A stretch of DNA of 64,000 bases, from positions 75,888,001 through 75,952,000 of the forward strand of contig OX597826.1 in the NCBI GenBank assembly GCA_951406725.2. The letters are read 5' to 3'. The translations under genes and the position numbers were made by a program. Source of the DNA: Octopus vulgaris (lineage: Eukaryota). The notes beneath the pieces were generated by a model. The model was not told where the DNA came from. It searched no databases and saw only the letters and a list, made by a program, of their open reading frames with translations. Of the stretch, positions 1 to 14,545 are shown piece by piece (within the stretch, counting starts at the first letter, position 1; each line of letters starts with the position of its first letter).

Positions 1-45
1 CACTATGCATTTGTAAACATATACGTATATATATATACATTTATA

Positions 46-81
<36 letters not shown>

Positions 82-241
82 CGTGTGTGTGTGTGTGTGA
101 ACGTGTGCGTATTATGCGTTTGTGCGCGTGTAACAAACATGAAAATCAGCGCGTTGAAACAAGCGAATATCTTCGTTTCAAAAATGATGCTGTATCAACC
201 GAGATTAGCCGCCACCACCACCACCACCATCATCGTCGTCG

Positions 242-276
<35 letters not shown>

Positions 277-277
<1 letters not shown>

Positions 278-490
278 ACATATGGTGCGAATCCCAAGAT
301 TTCGGCAGACCAAAAATCTGTTTCACTCCGAAATGAGAGAAGCCACGTGTGCCAGAGAATGGCAAGGGAAGCGATTCGAAGATATATAGCTAAAAGAAAT
401 TTGGAAGAAAAGGATATTAAAATGGAGTCTTGTGATTAACCGAAACAAATGGAAACGGGTCCTTTATGGAGACCAACTTCGAGATGGCAG
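277..490 (+). mobile_element. RTE-like LINE 3' ORF2 fragment
   Basis: HMVRIPRFRQTKNLFHSEMREATCAREWQGKRFEDI...NRNKWKR resembles the RTE C-terminal GHVxRM..R.PK.LFY.EL..G.R..G..KKR..D pattern. Confidence 0.55.
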
Positions 491-700
491 GATCAGAACA
501 TCTCAACGATAAATATAAATGTAGAAAATACTCCGAAATTACCAATTCCTTTTCGAATCACGCCCAGGAATGTCTGCTGATTACGGAACTGGCATGATAT
601 TATTGCAAGTAGGAAACATTGTGTCCGCTGTCCAGTTATCGGATAATCCCCGCAGGTGATTTAGTACATTTTATGTCTAAGAAATATTTTTCGTCTAAGA

Positions 701-1001
701 TAGAGGTTCTCAGCCATTTTGTTTTTATCTATGGACCCCGTTGATTACAATTTTATTCTGACGAACTCCCATTGCCATTCTGTGTTTAAAGACAAGTTTT
801 ATAGAAAGTTCTATTTTGTTTTTCACACATCATCTTGTGTAGGTTGAACTATGGTAAAATGCTGGAGAAAAAAAACCTAGCCGTTTCTTGTAAAGCAAAA
901 TTGTCAAAAGGGCCCTTGAAATACTATTGTGGAACTTCAATTTACTATTTTTTTTTGTGTGGACCCCAAAATCTTATATGGACCCTGATTGCGAACCACT
1001 G
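701..1001. mobile_element. Degraded hAT-type MITE
   Basis: Ends TAGAGGTTCTCAGCC / GATTGCGAACCACTG; flanks GTCTAAGA / ATCTAAAG. Confidence 0.5.
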
Positions 1002-2437
1002 ATCTAAAGGATAACAAGAGATATTGTTATAGTAAATAGCCTCATAAGCATTTGAGCAGTTCCTTAAAAAGACATTTGTCTTTATTACAAGGATAAAAGG
1101 ATTAAGTCGATTACATCGACCCCCGAAAAGATGAAAGGCAAAGTCGACCTCGACGGAATTTGAACTCATAACGTAGCGGCAGACGAAATACCGCTAAGCA
1201 TTTCGTCCGGTATGCTAATGTTTCTGCCAGCTCGCCACCTTAAAAAGGCATTACGCACGCGCGCGCACACATACACAATTAATATAGGGTGTCCAAAAAT
1301 TATCTTCACAATTCGAAGAATTCAGAAAAGAATGAAAAACAAGGACAACTCAACAGAACTTATTGGAAAACATAGACAAACAAATAATGCTTTGTCAGAG
1401 ACATCAGAACACTTTTTATGTAGGTTCCATTGGTTGTACGCAAAACATCTCGACGATGAATTGTGGAAGTTGTAAAGATAATTTATGGATACCGTGTGCA
1501 TGTATGTGTGTCTGTCTGTATGTGTATTACATTAAGGATTCTCACTAAAAGACAGATTTTCAAATATAATAAATGGTATTTAATGAATCAGAAGCAATGA
1601 TATTCAAAGAGGAACACGTGTCATGTGTAAACGTTGTTGTTGTTGCTTCCAAGTTCACCGAGTATCTTTAACCAGACGACATCCCATCATTTATCATCTG
1701 CTCTACCTTCAAACAAAACTCCTTGCCCAGCCACCGCCACCACCGTCCTAAGAACAACAAAGAAAACAATGACAGACACATTTGTCAGTTTTGCATTGTT
1801 TTTTTTATTATATCTTGTCTTTATTTCCTTTTCAATCACGTGACTTCCTTGTGTTGACGCCATTATGACAAGGGAGATAACCATTTCTTCATATTTGGCG
1901 GAATTCGAAATTTGAATTTGAAATTAAGGAATTATACAGAAAAAAGTGACAGAGAATTCATATATTTAATTTTATTTTTATTTTTGCAGGGTGTTTTTTT
2001 TATATGTTACTTATCATGTTCTTAAAATGTTTCTTCTCGGTCGTAATCATGTATCTAATTCATTCCTTTCAGAAATCCTTTAAATGCGAGGATCATCATT
2101 TAGCGATTTACCAAAACTATGCCGGAAGACGGAAGTCTTTGATAAATGATTTTTGTACCATTTTTAAAAAGTATAAAAATTCCATTTTAAAATATACATT
2201 TTGGTTTTTTGGGTTTTTTTTATACCGGCCAGTGTGACACTTTCAGACAGCAATTAATCTACGTCGATGGTTTTCAACCATTTTTTACCCGCGGGCCCCT
2301 TCGATTCATATCATTTCACTCTGGTGGCTTCTCAGCAACATCAGGCTTAACCCAAAAAATGTAGTAAAGATTGTTTGCCAACATAACATAGCAGTACTGG
2401 TTTAGGACGAATGTTGCTGTAATTTAGCCCCAAGAGA

Positions 2438-2508
<71 letters not shown>

Positions 2509-2573
2509 ACCTCGTGAGTACCGCTGGCGATTTTTTTCCTGTCTTCCCTTCTCGAGATCTTTCCTTCTCCTTT

Positions 2574-2608
2574 GTTTCCGACGAAGAGCTCCGCTCGAAA
2601 CGTTAAAC
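2574..2608 (+). ncRNA. Minimal type-I hammerhead-like motif in a ~210-bp (TA)n-flanked repeat (2506-2715)
   Basis: GTTT-CCGACGA-A-GAGC(tcc)GCTC-GAAA-CG-TT-AAAC: stem I GTTT/AAAC, stem II GAGC/GCTC, U4 replaced by C. Confidence 0.6.
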
Positions 2609-2740
2609 CCTCCTTCTTCCCTTCTTTCCTGAGTGTCCAATAATACTTTATTTGTTCCACGTTCTCGCGTTGTTGTGTTTTTTGGTTTTTTGTGTTTTCT
2701 GGTTTGGATTAACTAATATATATATATATATGTATGTATG

Positions 2741-2779
<39 letters not shown>

Positions 2780-3500
2780 ACACACACACACACGTCAATG
2801 GCCTTTCAGTTTCCATCTACCAAGTCCATTCACAAGGTATTGATTGACCCGAAGCTATAGAAGAAGTCACTTGCTCAAGATGTCACGCAGTGGAATTGAA
2901 CCCGGAACCATGTGGTTGGAAAGCAAGCTTCTTACCACACAGTCACGCCTGCGTCTGTATTATTAGGAATTTTATTTTTAAAATATTTTGCGTATTGTAG
3001 AACTATAACCAATTTGTTGCTGATAAATTTTAGTGACAAAATCTTGTATGAATCTCCAAGGATCATGAAAAGCGCAGTGGAGAACCCCTGAACTACATAA
3101 AGAGTTGCATATGTTGTACGGAGTCACTTGGCCTATTAGGATTAGGAACCACATCTCCTTCAAGTCACACCCTACCGTCTTAAACAAAGAAGGCTGCATT
3201 GTATAATGTTGTCCGTTGCGAAGAAAAGAAGATTACTGCTTCAACATTTTGGTATCATACGTCTGTCTGTTCCATCCGATCGTACCGACGGTTAAACTAC
3301 AATATATATATATATATATATATACGTTTAAATATTTGTTGTGCAAGATTTTTTATGTGAAGTCGTGTGTTGAAACAGATATTGTTATATTTCGGAATGG
3401 TCATATTGTCAGTTTAGCCAATAAAAACACACGCACTATATATTTGGTGTTATTTTGCTTCAGTGATATTTATTTTTTACATTAATCTTAATCTTATTTC

Positions 3501-3546
3501 GGCCAGAGTTCTTTCGTCACACTCCTGTGACCGCATCAGTGGTCCT
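3501..3546 (-). ncRNA. Degenerate hammerhead-like motif next to a Penelope GIY-YIG fragment
   Basis: Minus strand GGACCA-CTGATGC-G-GTCACA(ggag)TGTGAC-GAAA-GAAC-TC-TGGCC: perfect 6-bp stem II, A9 substituted. Confidence 0.45.
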
Positions 3547-3877
3547 TTGTTTTCTTCTCACTTATTTGTGTCTCTCCTTACTAACCGTCAGCCATTTTGT
3601 ATTTCTATTGTATGTCTTCATTTGCGCATGCTTATATCTCTATGTGCGTCCATGTTTATTTAGTGTGTGTGTGTGTGAGGGGGGGATGCCTGTAATATTT
3701 GTATCTTCTGTTTATATACATTCATGTAATTTGTATTTTGTTTTTGTTGTTGTTGCTTTTGCTCTAATTTTGTTCATGTGTTTACATCCACCCATTATTA
3801 TCATTACATATGCTTGTATGTATGTATAACAACAATATTAGTAATAATAATAAATCTAATCGAAAAAAAACAACTAT

Positions 3878-4211
3878 TGCACTGTATGTAGATTTAGCCC
3901 ACAAACAAACTGTAAAGCCAGAAATGTAGTCTATAGTATAAGATGTATAGAGGGACGATGCAGTAACAAGACAGTAACATACGTAGGGGAAACGGCAAGA
4001 AGCATAGGAGAGCGGGTGAATGAACATTGGAGACAACTCAAGGAAGGTAACAGCTCATCGATTCTGTACCAACACGCCGAACAGGAACACGGGGGATCAA
4101 TCAATAACATAGAGATTAAGATATTGTCCACACATAGAACAGATGCAACAATTAGACAAATTACAGAAGCTACACATATAATAGAAAATAAACCTAGCCT
4201 GAATAGAAAAC
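3878..4211 (+). mobile_element. Penelope-like element remnant, GIY-YIG endonuclease domain
   Basis: Open frame [55 protein letters not shown]...[10 protein letters not shown]...[20 protein letters not shown], ending in (TA)n. Confidence 0.88.
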
Positions 4212-4336
<125 letters not shown>

Positions 4337-5435
4337 GTATATATATATGTATATATATATATGTACATATATATATGTATATATATGTATATATATATGT
4401 ATATATATATATATATGTATATCAAAACCCGTTTAATTCCAAGATTAAAACAAAAAATTATTTTATATGAGACTTCACTAATAAATTGACAAATGTTGAA
4501 AACAAATCGGTGATTTTAACTCACAAAATTCATAATTGGAATGAATAGCTAAAATTGAATATTAGGCGCATAGACACAGGAGCAGCTGTGCGGTAAGGAG
4601 CTTGCTTACCAACCACATGGTTCTGGGCTCAGTTTCACTACGAGGCACCTTAGGCAAGTGTATTCTACTATAGCCTCGGGCCGACCAAAACCTTATGAAT
4701 GGATTTGGTAAGTGGAAACTGAAAGAAACTCGTCATATATATGTATGGGGTGGGTTTTCCCCCGCCCCCAACATCTCTTGACAACTGATGCTGATGTCTT
4801 AATGTCCCCGGAACTTAGCAGTTCGGCAAAAGACTGATAGAATAAGTACCATGCTTACAAAGAAACCTAGTACTTCCCGGGGTCAATTTGCTTGACTAGA
4901 GGCGGCGCTCCAGCATGGCCGCAGTCAAATGACTGAAACAAGTAAAAGAATAAAATGGAATATTAAGTATTTATGGAAGTTTTTAATTTACTGTCGGGTG
5001 ACTTTTGGCCAACCCTGTACAATTTTGAGGTTCAATTGTTCGTATTTTGTCTTCATATTCCTTATTGCTTTTTTTTTTTACTTCAGAAGGAAATCATAGA
5101 TTAAAAAAAGGTACAAGACATAGTAGAGACTTGCTGAAGAGCGTCTATGTTTTTATTTCGGTAGTTTTTCATTTCGGGTGGCTTCGGGTAGCTTCTAATT
5201 TAATTTAAAATAATGGCTTCAAATTTGGTAAAAAAAGAAAAAAAAAAAAAAAAAAAACCCAGCAATTTTCGTGGGAGATAACTATTTTGCTTACGCCGGA
5301 TGAAAAATGAAGGTGACCTAAGGACACAATGAATCGGAATAAATGCTACTAAGCATTTTGTCCGGCATGCTAACGTGGTTCTACAAGAAGAAGAAGAAGA
5401 AGAAGAAGAAGAAGACGAAGAAGAAGAAGAAGAAG

Positions 5436-5482
<47 letters not shown>

Positions 5483-5531
5483 AAACGTGCAAAGAATTTG
5501 GTGAAATGGTGGACATCGTGGTTTTGAAAGG

Positions 5532-5577
<46 letters not shown>

Positions 5578-5815
5578 TGTGTGTAGGGGTTGCGATTCAG
5601 TGAAGAGTGTTCTATGTGTTGTGCTGGTCTCTTTTGTAAACAATGGCAGCAGTGCCATTTAAAGTTAAGCGAAAGCGTATGTGGAGGAGAGGCTGAAATC
5701 GTTTGAATGTGTTGCTTTGATTATGTCACACCCTTCTGGAAAATGGGGGTGGGGGTGGGGGTGGGGAGACGTTGCTTTGGTTGTGGGATGTAGCCACGGT
5801 ACACAAACACACACA

Positions 5816-5856
<41 letters not shown>

Positions 5857-6582
5857 TACTTAAACAAACAGGCACACACACACACACACACGTGCTACAT
5901 AAGCATTTAAACACTGGCTTGCACTGAAAAAATGCGTACATGCAGATAAATGTAGACATACATGCATACATAAATATATACATATAAACACACTTACATA
6001 CATACACACTTACATACACACATACATACATACATATACACATTCATACGTACATACATACATTCATATATACATGCATACATACATACATACATACATA
6101 CACACACAAACACATACATACATGCATACATACACACATACATACATACCTAGGTACATACATACATACATTCATACATACATACATTCATACATACATA
6201 CAAACATACATACATACATAAACACACACACACACACACACATACATACATACATACATACATACATACATACATACATACATACATACATACATACATA
6301 CATACATACATAGAGACAGACGGACAGACTTATTCACAAATATATTCATCCACGTGCATATAGACTCTCGAAAGCTCTACACCTACGTTCTTGCGGACTG
6401 AGTTCACCGTCGATAAGCTGTTTTATTAGGAACCCTAACTTGCTGAGTCGAAGCCCTTAATGTCAGCTAGCTGTAATGGTTAGTACAGCTATGCGGTTTA
6501 CTTGCAGACATTGTGTTCGATTCCTATTGTGATGATGCAAGTCCTTCCCATTTTCTTCTCCTCATATACATGTATATGTATA

Positions 6583-6623
<41 letters not shown>

Positions 6624-6627
6624 TATA

Positions 6628-6692
<65 letters not shown>

Positions 6693-6793
6693 ATATATAT
6701 AGACATACATATATAAATATATATATATATATATATATGATAGATCGTTAGCTCCTACACGCATTTTTTTCTCTCATTGTTTTTTTCTGTGTA

Positions 6794-6831
6794 TCTTTCT
6801 GTCGAAGAGCGTAGGCTCGAAACGTAAAAGA
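6794..6831 (+). ncRNA. Hammerhead-like motif (core variant CTGTCGA) in a related (TA)n-flanked repeat 6740-6925
   Basis: TCTTT-CTGTCGA-A-GAGC(gtag)GCTC-GAAA-CG-TA-AAAGA; a related copy lies on the minus strand at ~33233-33270 (CTGTAGA core). Confidence 0.5.
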
Positions 6832-6919
6832 CTTTTTCTATTCCTGAGCGCTATACTAATACATTCGTTTGTTTGTACTACACCTGCCTTCGTCTTTTGT
6901 TTATTTTCGTAAACTTTCC

Positions 6920-6986
<67 letters not shown>

Positions 6987-7251
6987 TGTTGTGTTCCGTT
7001 CGGAGCGTGTTAGAGAACAGTACAGAGGTCGTCCACCTTCAGAATAACCCAATAGTATAGATAGTATTATTATATAATTCGAACCCTAATACTGGGCATT
7101 CGACGTGTGTGAATATAAAATTGTAAAGAAATTGGAGTCAGGAAGAAGGAGTACGATTGGACATTTGTTTATTATTCGCTACAGTTGTTCCCCAAGAATA
7201 GAAGTATTTGTTTATGCATCTGTTTGTTTGCATAATGAGATCTAGTTGTGT

Positions 7252-7425
7252 TTCCTCAGGCGATACACAAGTGTTGTCTCCGTTAGTTTTAAACTCTTCG
7301 ACTTGAAGGCCATCCTCTCTGTTTTTAGCATTTTGAATTTGGTTGTAGCTGAAATCCTCAAGGTGCATGGTGAGAGTCGAAGATTTTAAACTAACGGAGA
7401 CAACACTTGTATATCGCCTGAGGAA
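7252..7425. repeat. ~51-bp inverted repeat with a ~70-bp spacer
   Basis: TTCCTCAGGCGATACACAAGTGTTGTCTCCGTTAGTTTTAAACTCTTCGACT pairs with 7375-7425 with few mismatches. Confidence 0.9.
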
Positions 7426-7454
7426 TATATATATATATATATATATATATAATA

Positions 7455-7496
<42 letters not shown>

Positions 7497-7500
<4 letters not shown>

Positions 7501-7716
7501 AGGGTGCTGAAAAGTAGCTGGCTTTCGGTAAAAGAATGTACTGGAGGATCAGTTAATTATGATTTTATTCAACATATTCCCCTCTCAGATTCACACATTT
7601 ATTGCAGCGGTCCTTCTTCAGTTTTTCTAAGCCGTGCAAAAAAACTCGGAAGGTTGGACCTCCAACCAAGCCCTTCACGACACCCTTAAAGCCGAGAACT
7701 TTTCAGCTCCCCCTCG
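7497..7716 (-). mobile_element. Mariner-derived MITE
   Basis: TIRs CGAGAGGGTGCTGAAAAGT / ACTTTTCAGCTCCCCCTCG followed by TA; internal minus-strand KKLKKDRCNKCVNLRGEYVE* is a mariner C-terminus. Confidence 0.75.
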
Positions 7717-7719
7717 TAT

Positions 7720-7990
7720 ATAGGAGGGTACGCCATGAATTCGCCTCAATGCATTTTCCCCTTTTGGTGCGAAAATTAGATATGGTCTGCCTTCTTTTAG
7801 TCATCTTCCATTGGCGCTCAGCTTCCTGTCTGCACCAAAGAACAGCGTTGAGAGATTCATTCCTTGAGTATTGAAGGTGTGTCAGAAAACGAAATCCGTC
7901 GAAGACTTTCAGCTCAGTATGGGAACTGGATTTTGTCGCCATGCACTGTCTGTAAGTACAGAAATTGTTGCGCACGTGGTTCATCTCTTG
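7720..7990 (+). mobile_element. Mariner transposase N-terminal HTH remnant
   Basis: AQLPVCTKEQR*EIHSLSIEGVSENEIRRRLSAQYGNWIL resembles the mariner N-terminus (CTKEEQR.VIRFL..EGV...EIHRRL.AQYG). Confidence 0.65.
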
Positions 7991-8423
7991 AGCAAGATAA
8001 CTTATTTGTTTGTTTTTGACTGAGAATATAAACAATATTTTGCCAAGATGAACCAAAAGTAAAGAAACTACGTTGAAAAATGATATATTTGTAATTTCAA
8101 GAATTCTCTGGGATCAAACGGATCGCTGAACGCTGCACCTCTTTCGACTAAGTTAAAAGAAAAACGTAATAACAACTTAATTGACGTTTCCAGACCAGAA
8201 GTGCACCGTAGTAAGGAAGAGAGAGAGAGGGGGGAGAGAGGGGTAAGGGAGACAGGCAGACAAACAGAGAGGGAGGGAGGTCAAAGAGAGCGAGAGAGAG
8301 AGAGACCACATCTAGTGAAACTAATTTTTCCCGCTGATCGGGGAAAATTCTAAGAGCGTCAAGATTAATTAATGACTCGCCTTCATATACACTCACTCAC
8401 ACACACACATACATACATACATA

Positions 8424-8479
<56 letters not shown>

Positions 8480-8487
8480 TATATACT

Positions 8488-8546
<59 letters not shown>

Positions 8547-8548
8547 TA

Positions 8549-8604
<56 letters not shown>

Positions 8605-8652
8605 GTACATACATACATATATATATACTTACATACATATATATATACATAC

Positions 8653-8696
<44 letters not shown>

Positions 8697-9098
8697 TTTG
8701 TTATTGTTATTTAGGTGGTGACCTGGCAGAATCGTTAGCGCACCAGACAAAATACTTAGCGGTATTTCACCCGTCGCTACGTTTTGAGTTCAAATTCTGC
8801 CGGGGTCGACTTTGCCTTTCATCTTTTCGGTGTCAATGAATTAAGTACCAGTTGAGTACTGGGGTCAATGTAATCGACTTACCACCTCCTCCCCCAAAAT
8901 TCCAGTCCTTGTGCCCTTAGTACGAAAGGATTATTATTATTCTATGTTTGACTTTTGCTTTACATTTGTACAAGTTGGCTCCAAGTTGGAAGTTCATGTT
9001 GGGGTTATGCCTAGGGTGCCATATATTTGGTTTTGTACTTAGTGTTGTACTAGTGAATGTCTAAAAAAAACATACGAAAATTATGTTTGTTGTTGTTG

Positions 9099-9129
<31 letters not shown>

Positions 9130-9475
9130 CATTATTATTATTATTATTTCCTTCTTTCTTCAAATTTTCTTCCGTTTCTCGCCGAGTGTTTTCCGTACAC
9201 CTAAGGCAGAGAAGCTCATTGTATGCATTCCCAGATTATACACGCAAATTCACAGGTAAAATATGTATTTAAAAAATTAATAAATAAATAATTTCATAAA
9301 TGGATGTTGTTTTCACAGCGATAATGTTCTTCTCAGTACATGAGTCGTTCCCGTTAACACGATATTTTGCACTTCCTGTAGGGATGGTAAGCCTGGTATC
9401 ATTTTCAAATAGGTTTCAGTGCCTTTCTTTATCATTCCTATTATTATTATGATTATTATTATTATTATTATTATT

Positions 9476-9513
<38 letters not shown>

Positions 9514-9887
9514 TATTATTATTATTATTATTATTATTAATATTATTATTATTGACCCCGTGTTTGTTGTTTTAATATTGGCACCAGGCCAGCAATTTCG
9601 TGGGGAGGGGACAAATCAATTACATGAACTGAGACTTATTTTATCGACTCCAAGAGGATAAAAAGCAAAGTTAACCTCGGCGGAATTTGGACCCAGAACG
9701 TGAAGACGGACGAAATACCGCTAAGCATTTTGTCCGGCTTGCTAACAATTCTGCCAACTCGCCGTCTTTGTGATTGTTTTAATATTAAGATTGGGAAAAA
9801 AGAAAATCGACCCTCTTCCCCGCTCTTGTGCCCAACACGATTCTTAAGTGTCCTTAACACCGATCACCCCATTGCAAGCATTCAGAC

Positions 9888-10085
9888 CAGTGGTTCCCAA
9901 ACTATGAGTTGCGACCCACAGATGGGTCGCGAACGGAATCTTAGTGGGTCGCAAAAAGTTATAAAATTACGCATTAGCTTTGATTAACTGCTGTCTATCG
10001 AGATAGTTCAAGACATATAAGTGTGTCGTCATAAACTGGTGTGATAAATTGTGGGTCGCGACTCTAAAAGGTTTGGGAACCACTG
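9888..10085. mobile_element. hAT-type MITE with a perfect 8-bp TSD
   Basis: TIRs CAGTGGTTCCCAAAC / GTTTGGGAACCACTG; TSD ATTCAGAC at 9880-9887 and 10086-10093. Confidence 0.9.
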
Positions 10086-10542
10086 ATTCAGACAATAGAC
10101 TTCCCTCTCCCCAGTTCCTCATCGGACAGGATTTTCTTGCAGCCGACTGACCCGTAGGTGTTCAACCTTGAACATCAACCACGTCAAGTTCACTCATCTG
10201 AGACATGGCCTGCCAAGGACATGCGCACTGCCATCCGTTTTCTGATACATTTTTTTCCTAAAAAATAACTACTACTACTACTACTACTACGACGACGACG
10301 ACGACGACGACTACGTGATTAAAAATACGAAACGAAAACACTAAGTATATGTTGATAAGTTACGTGAGTTAATTGGTAAAGGTGTTTACAGGGGAATATC
10401 TGATGAACTTTCTGGAATTTTATGATATTGCAACAGCTTAATACTTTACAGCAGTGAGTCTGGGGAGGGGAACGATGTAAGTAAATACACAAAACACGTA
10501 TGTGTGTGTATGTGTGTACTGTATGTAAACTCATGTACATGC

Positions 10543-10603
<61 letters not shown>

Positions 10604-10881
10604 GGTATGAAAAGGAAATGGGAGGAGAAACGGAAGATTCTTTCTTTCCTCGGAGGAAGCCGAACCTTTTTTAGCGGAAACATCTGCTAACAAGTAATTT
10701 GGTGTCTAACGAGGAAATTACTCTTAAATTTTAGGTAAATATCTGCACGATCTAAAAATAACTGACGAACAGAATCTGCGATCCGTTTTCCATTCCCAGT
10801 TTTGGCATTACTTCACTTCGTTTATAGCCCGAGAATCCCCCTGGATGCATATAATGAATTTACAACTTCTTGTCTGCTCAA

Positions 10882-10923
<42 letters not shown>

Positions 10924-12820
10924 TCTATCTATCTAACTAGCTAGCTACCTTTCCACTTTGTTATAGGCTTTCATTCTTTATGCGTGTAATGTGTGTGTAT
11001 ATGTATATATATATATAATAAAGAAAAAGAAAGAGAAAGAGAGAATTCATTTTGAGGCACACTGAATGATGATTGTTTTTGTGTATATGTTGTTGTTATT
11101 GATGTTGTTGCCGTTGTTTTTGTTGTTGTTTAGTCCCAGGTAAGCTTTAATGAATCCGTTCTATGATCAAAATTTTTCCAGTCGCGACCACTCCATCACT
11201 TGGAGGTGGGCAGATGGGAATATTTTATTCATATTTTGAATAAAGCAACGAAACAAAAATATCATTGATTGAAGATTTTCTGACTTTTTTCTTTTCTTTT
11301 CTTTTCTGGAACTTCTCTCTATCTTTTACTTGTTTCAGTCATTGGAATACGATCTTGATGGAGCCTTGAACAAATCGGCCCCAATATTTATCTTTTAAGA
11401 TATTAACCTCTACGTACCAATTTGAAATTCCGTCTGAGTCAACCTTGACTTCCATCTCTTTCAGAATAAATAAAATAACCTCTATTCATAGCTGGGTTTT
11501 AGCCTCAGATCGACCTTTATCAAGCACACCTATGGTTAAAGGCATTCCAGCCGAAATCATCCGGCTTTTTTTTTTTTATTTATTTTTGTAAATTATCTGA
11601 TATGTTCCAGGGACATGAAAAGACATTCCAAATATATATTCTTTCATTTTTAAGACGGTGTATGATTTGTGATTAAGGCAGAGAATTGGTTTGGTCATTA
11701 GTGTTGATTGTTCCTGTTCTCTAAGTTTCAACCCCACCACGATCAACTTTTCCTTTCGTCCGTTCAGGGTCGATAAATAAAGTACTAGTCCAACTCAGTG
11801 GGTTTGCGCCCGTCAATTGTTAAAACGTCGAACAAGGTACCAAACTGAATTTGTCCCGACTTAAAGCATTCTAAGCTCAGATTCCACTGCGTATTACCAG
11901 CCTCTTTGAAGGAGTAAAATGGTTACCTTCGGAACCTGGATAACGATGGTACGCCTCCAATGTCGGAGTAAAGCATCGACTACAGCAATATTTTTGATGC
12001 ATCAATATGAAAACACGTGGCTTTGCTCTAAAACAGGATAAAGGCTAGGAGAGGCGGGGGAAAGGACAAGATTTAGCAGTTGATTTACAGCTATTTCTAG
12101 CTGATCAACAGACCTACAAGTGAACAACTGACCTGTCCTTTATTTTTTTTTATTTTTCAATCTAATGTATTTGTGGACTTTGAGCAGACCTTGGTTATTA
12201 GTCTTTTGTACTGCGATTTCCGGTCACAACAATGGAGGAAGTGGGGAACAGGCACGAATAATTTTTTTATACGGTAGTATGGTATAATGGTTTTAAATTT
12301 TGGCACAAGACCAGCAGTTTTAGATAAGGGGCATCGACCCAGAAAGGATCAAAGACAAAGTTAACCTCGGCAGAATTTGAACTCAGAACGTGAAGAGTCG
12401 AAAGAAATACTGCTAAGCATTTTGTCCGACGCACAATATAATATGTAGACGAGCTTTGGGTAAATGAAAGTAAAAAAAAAACTAAGCGGGATATTACTGA
12501 AAAACGTTGCTCATCCCTGGAATACAGCCATCTTCGTAGGTTTTTAAATACCAGTGATATAATGAGGGCTGATTAAATCAACTATTTGATGTTCTCTTTA
12601 GGAATAAGTGTCGGTGGAAGTTTATGGTGATATACAATTTCATTAGATAATTAAAAAGGGTGTGTACCTCTTAAACAGGGTTTTTTTTTTTTAAAGAACA
12701 ATGAAAGAATGATGTAAGAAGAGATTAAGATAATTCTATTTCAAAATTTTTATCTGATCGTCGAGAATATTTCAATGTCTCTAAGAATGTGGCTCACAAC
12801 TATCTTTAACACAGATAAGA

Positions 12821-12880
<60 letters not shown>

Positions 12881-14074
12881 CCACCCCCACCCCTCATTTT
12901 TTTTTTCTTTTTGTACTTATCAAAAACACAACGCTCTAAAATAAAATCTGGCGATTATTAATTATCATGGCTGACTTTCAAATTACTTTGCCGCTTACGT
13001 TGCATCAAAAATATGTTGATATCTGCTATCTGACAATTCTTTGAATCTAATCTGTTGATATCCTAATGTGGGTTGGTGGGTAGGAAGTCCCGCGAGGAAT
13101 GAGCCAAATATATCCCGGATCAAAAGAGAAACGCGTTGCTGCTACCATTGTTGCTGTTATTTATCACCAGCTCAATCGTAATCTTGAAGATCTATGATCA
13201 AAGACATTCCATCTGTGACCACCCCGTCTTCACACTGGTTTGTTTTGGACATCATTATCCATTTGAGGGAGATTAGGTTGCTTTTTCTAGGAGACAGAGG
13301 ATCCAAAGACAGATACGCACTGTTAGTGTTGTTGTTTAGTTCCTGAACAAGCAAAGCTATGGTCAAAGACATTCCATCTGTGACCACCACATATTTTTTA
13401 GCGTCTATGACTGCAATATCCAATGAATGCGTTTCCTTCTTAAGGCAATAGGATGTGGTTTGAGGGCGATTTGATTGATATCTTTAGCAGGTCGAATGCC
13501 TACACAGAGGCTCCCACGTTGGATCACATAGAACTATGTGGGTGACACAGACGGAAGTGGTAGCGTAGAAAAGCCTGTGAAACAATTTAGATTTGATTTT
13601 CTTTTTTCCTCATAGTCAGAGAAGGAAAGAAGGACAGTACCCGTAGTCTTTGTCTTTCTTCTGACCTCCGCGACTGACCTCAATGCTTATAATACAGTGA
13701 ATTCTGCTAAAAGCATCCAGGCGCTCCGTGTTTTGGTGTTAGAGAGGCTACCGAAGTAAGTCTAACCTCCAAGAACTCAAAATGCAAAGATCTGGAACAA
13801 AATACTGCTAAGTACCTCATTTGACAATTCCACGTAACCCACGATCCTACACAGGGACTGTGATTTATCAACCCCGGAAGGATGAAAAGCAAAGTTGACC
13901 TCGGTGGATTTGAACTAAGTGCGTAGAGCATTGCATTCCTGAGTTGCAGCTATTTTCTTGGTCAGATTTAGGTTATGTTGTTGATTTTCTTTGAAAAATG
14001 CGTTAGGATCATCACAACAGCATTGCCTTGTCTTGTATCCCAAACCCCTGACACTAACACAACATTTTAATAAT

Positions 14075-14545
14075 CCTTTCTACTAAAGACCACAAGGCCT
14101 GAAATTTTTGGGAAGAGGGACTAATCGATTACATCGACCCCAGTGTTTCACTGGTACTTAATTTATCGGCCCCGAAAGGATGAAAGACAAAGTCGACTTC
14201 GGCGGCATTTGAACTCAGAACATAAAGATACACGATATACCGCTACGCATTATGCCCAGTGTGCTAACGACTCTGCCAACTCGCCGCCTGACAACATTTT
14301 AATAATACATGGTCGACAAGAAGGCAGCGAACTGGCAGAAACGTTAGCACGCCGGGTGAAATGCTTAGCATTTATTTCGTCTGTCTTTATGTTCTGAGTT
14401 CAAATTTCGCCGAGATCGACTTTGCCTTTCATCCTTTCGGGGTCGATAAATTAAGTACTAGTGGCGTACAGGATCGATCTAATCGACTGGACCCCCTCCC
14501 CAAAATATTTCGGGCCTTGTGCCTAGAGTAGAAAAGAATCGTTAC
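14075..14545. mobile_element. Head-to-head inverted pair of family A SINEs
   Basis: Minus copy ~14075-14290 and plus copy ~14322-14530, separated by ~30 nt. Confidence 0.8.

Noticed and set aside
7138-7497. ORF with NKYFYSWGTTVA resembling a Patched/NPC1 N-terminus
   Set aside because: The frame lies across an inverted-repeat element and microsatellites, has no downstream exons, and the similarity is too short
13616-13756. AG...GTAAGT-bounded segment as an upstream TINAGL exon
   Set aside because: No Cys-rich SMB or signal-peptide character in any frame, and it borders SINE sequence
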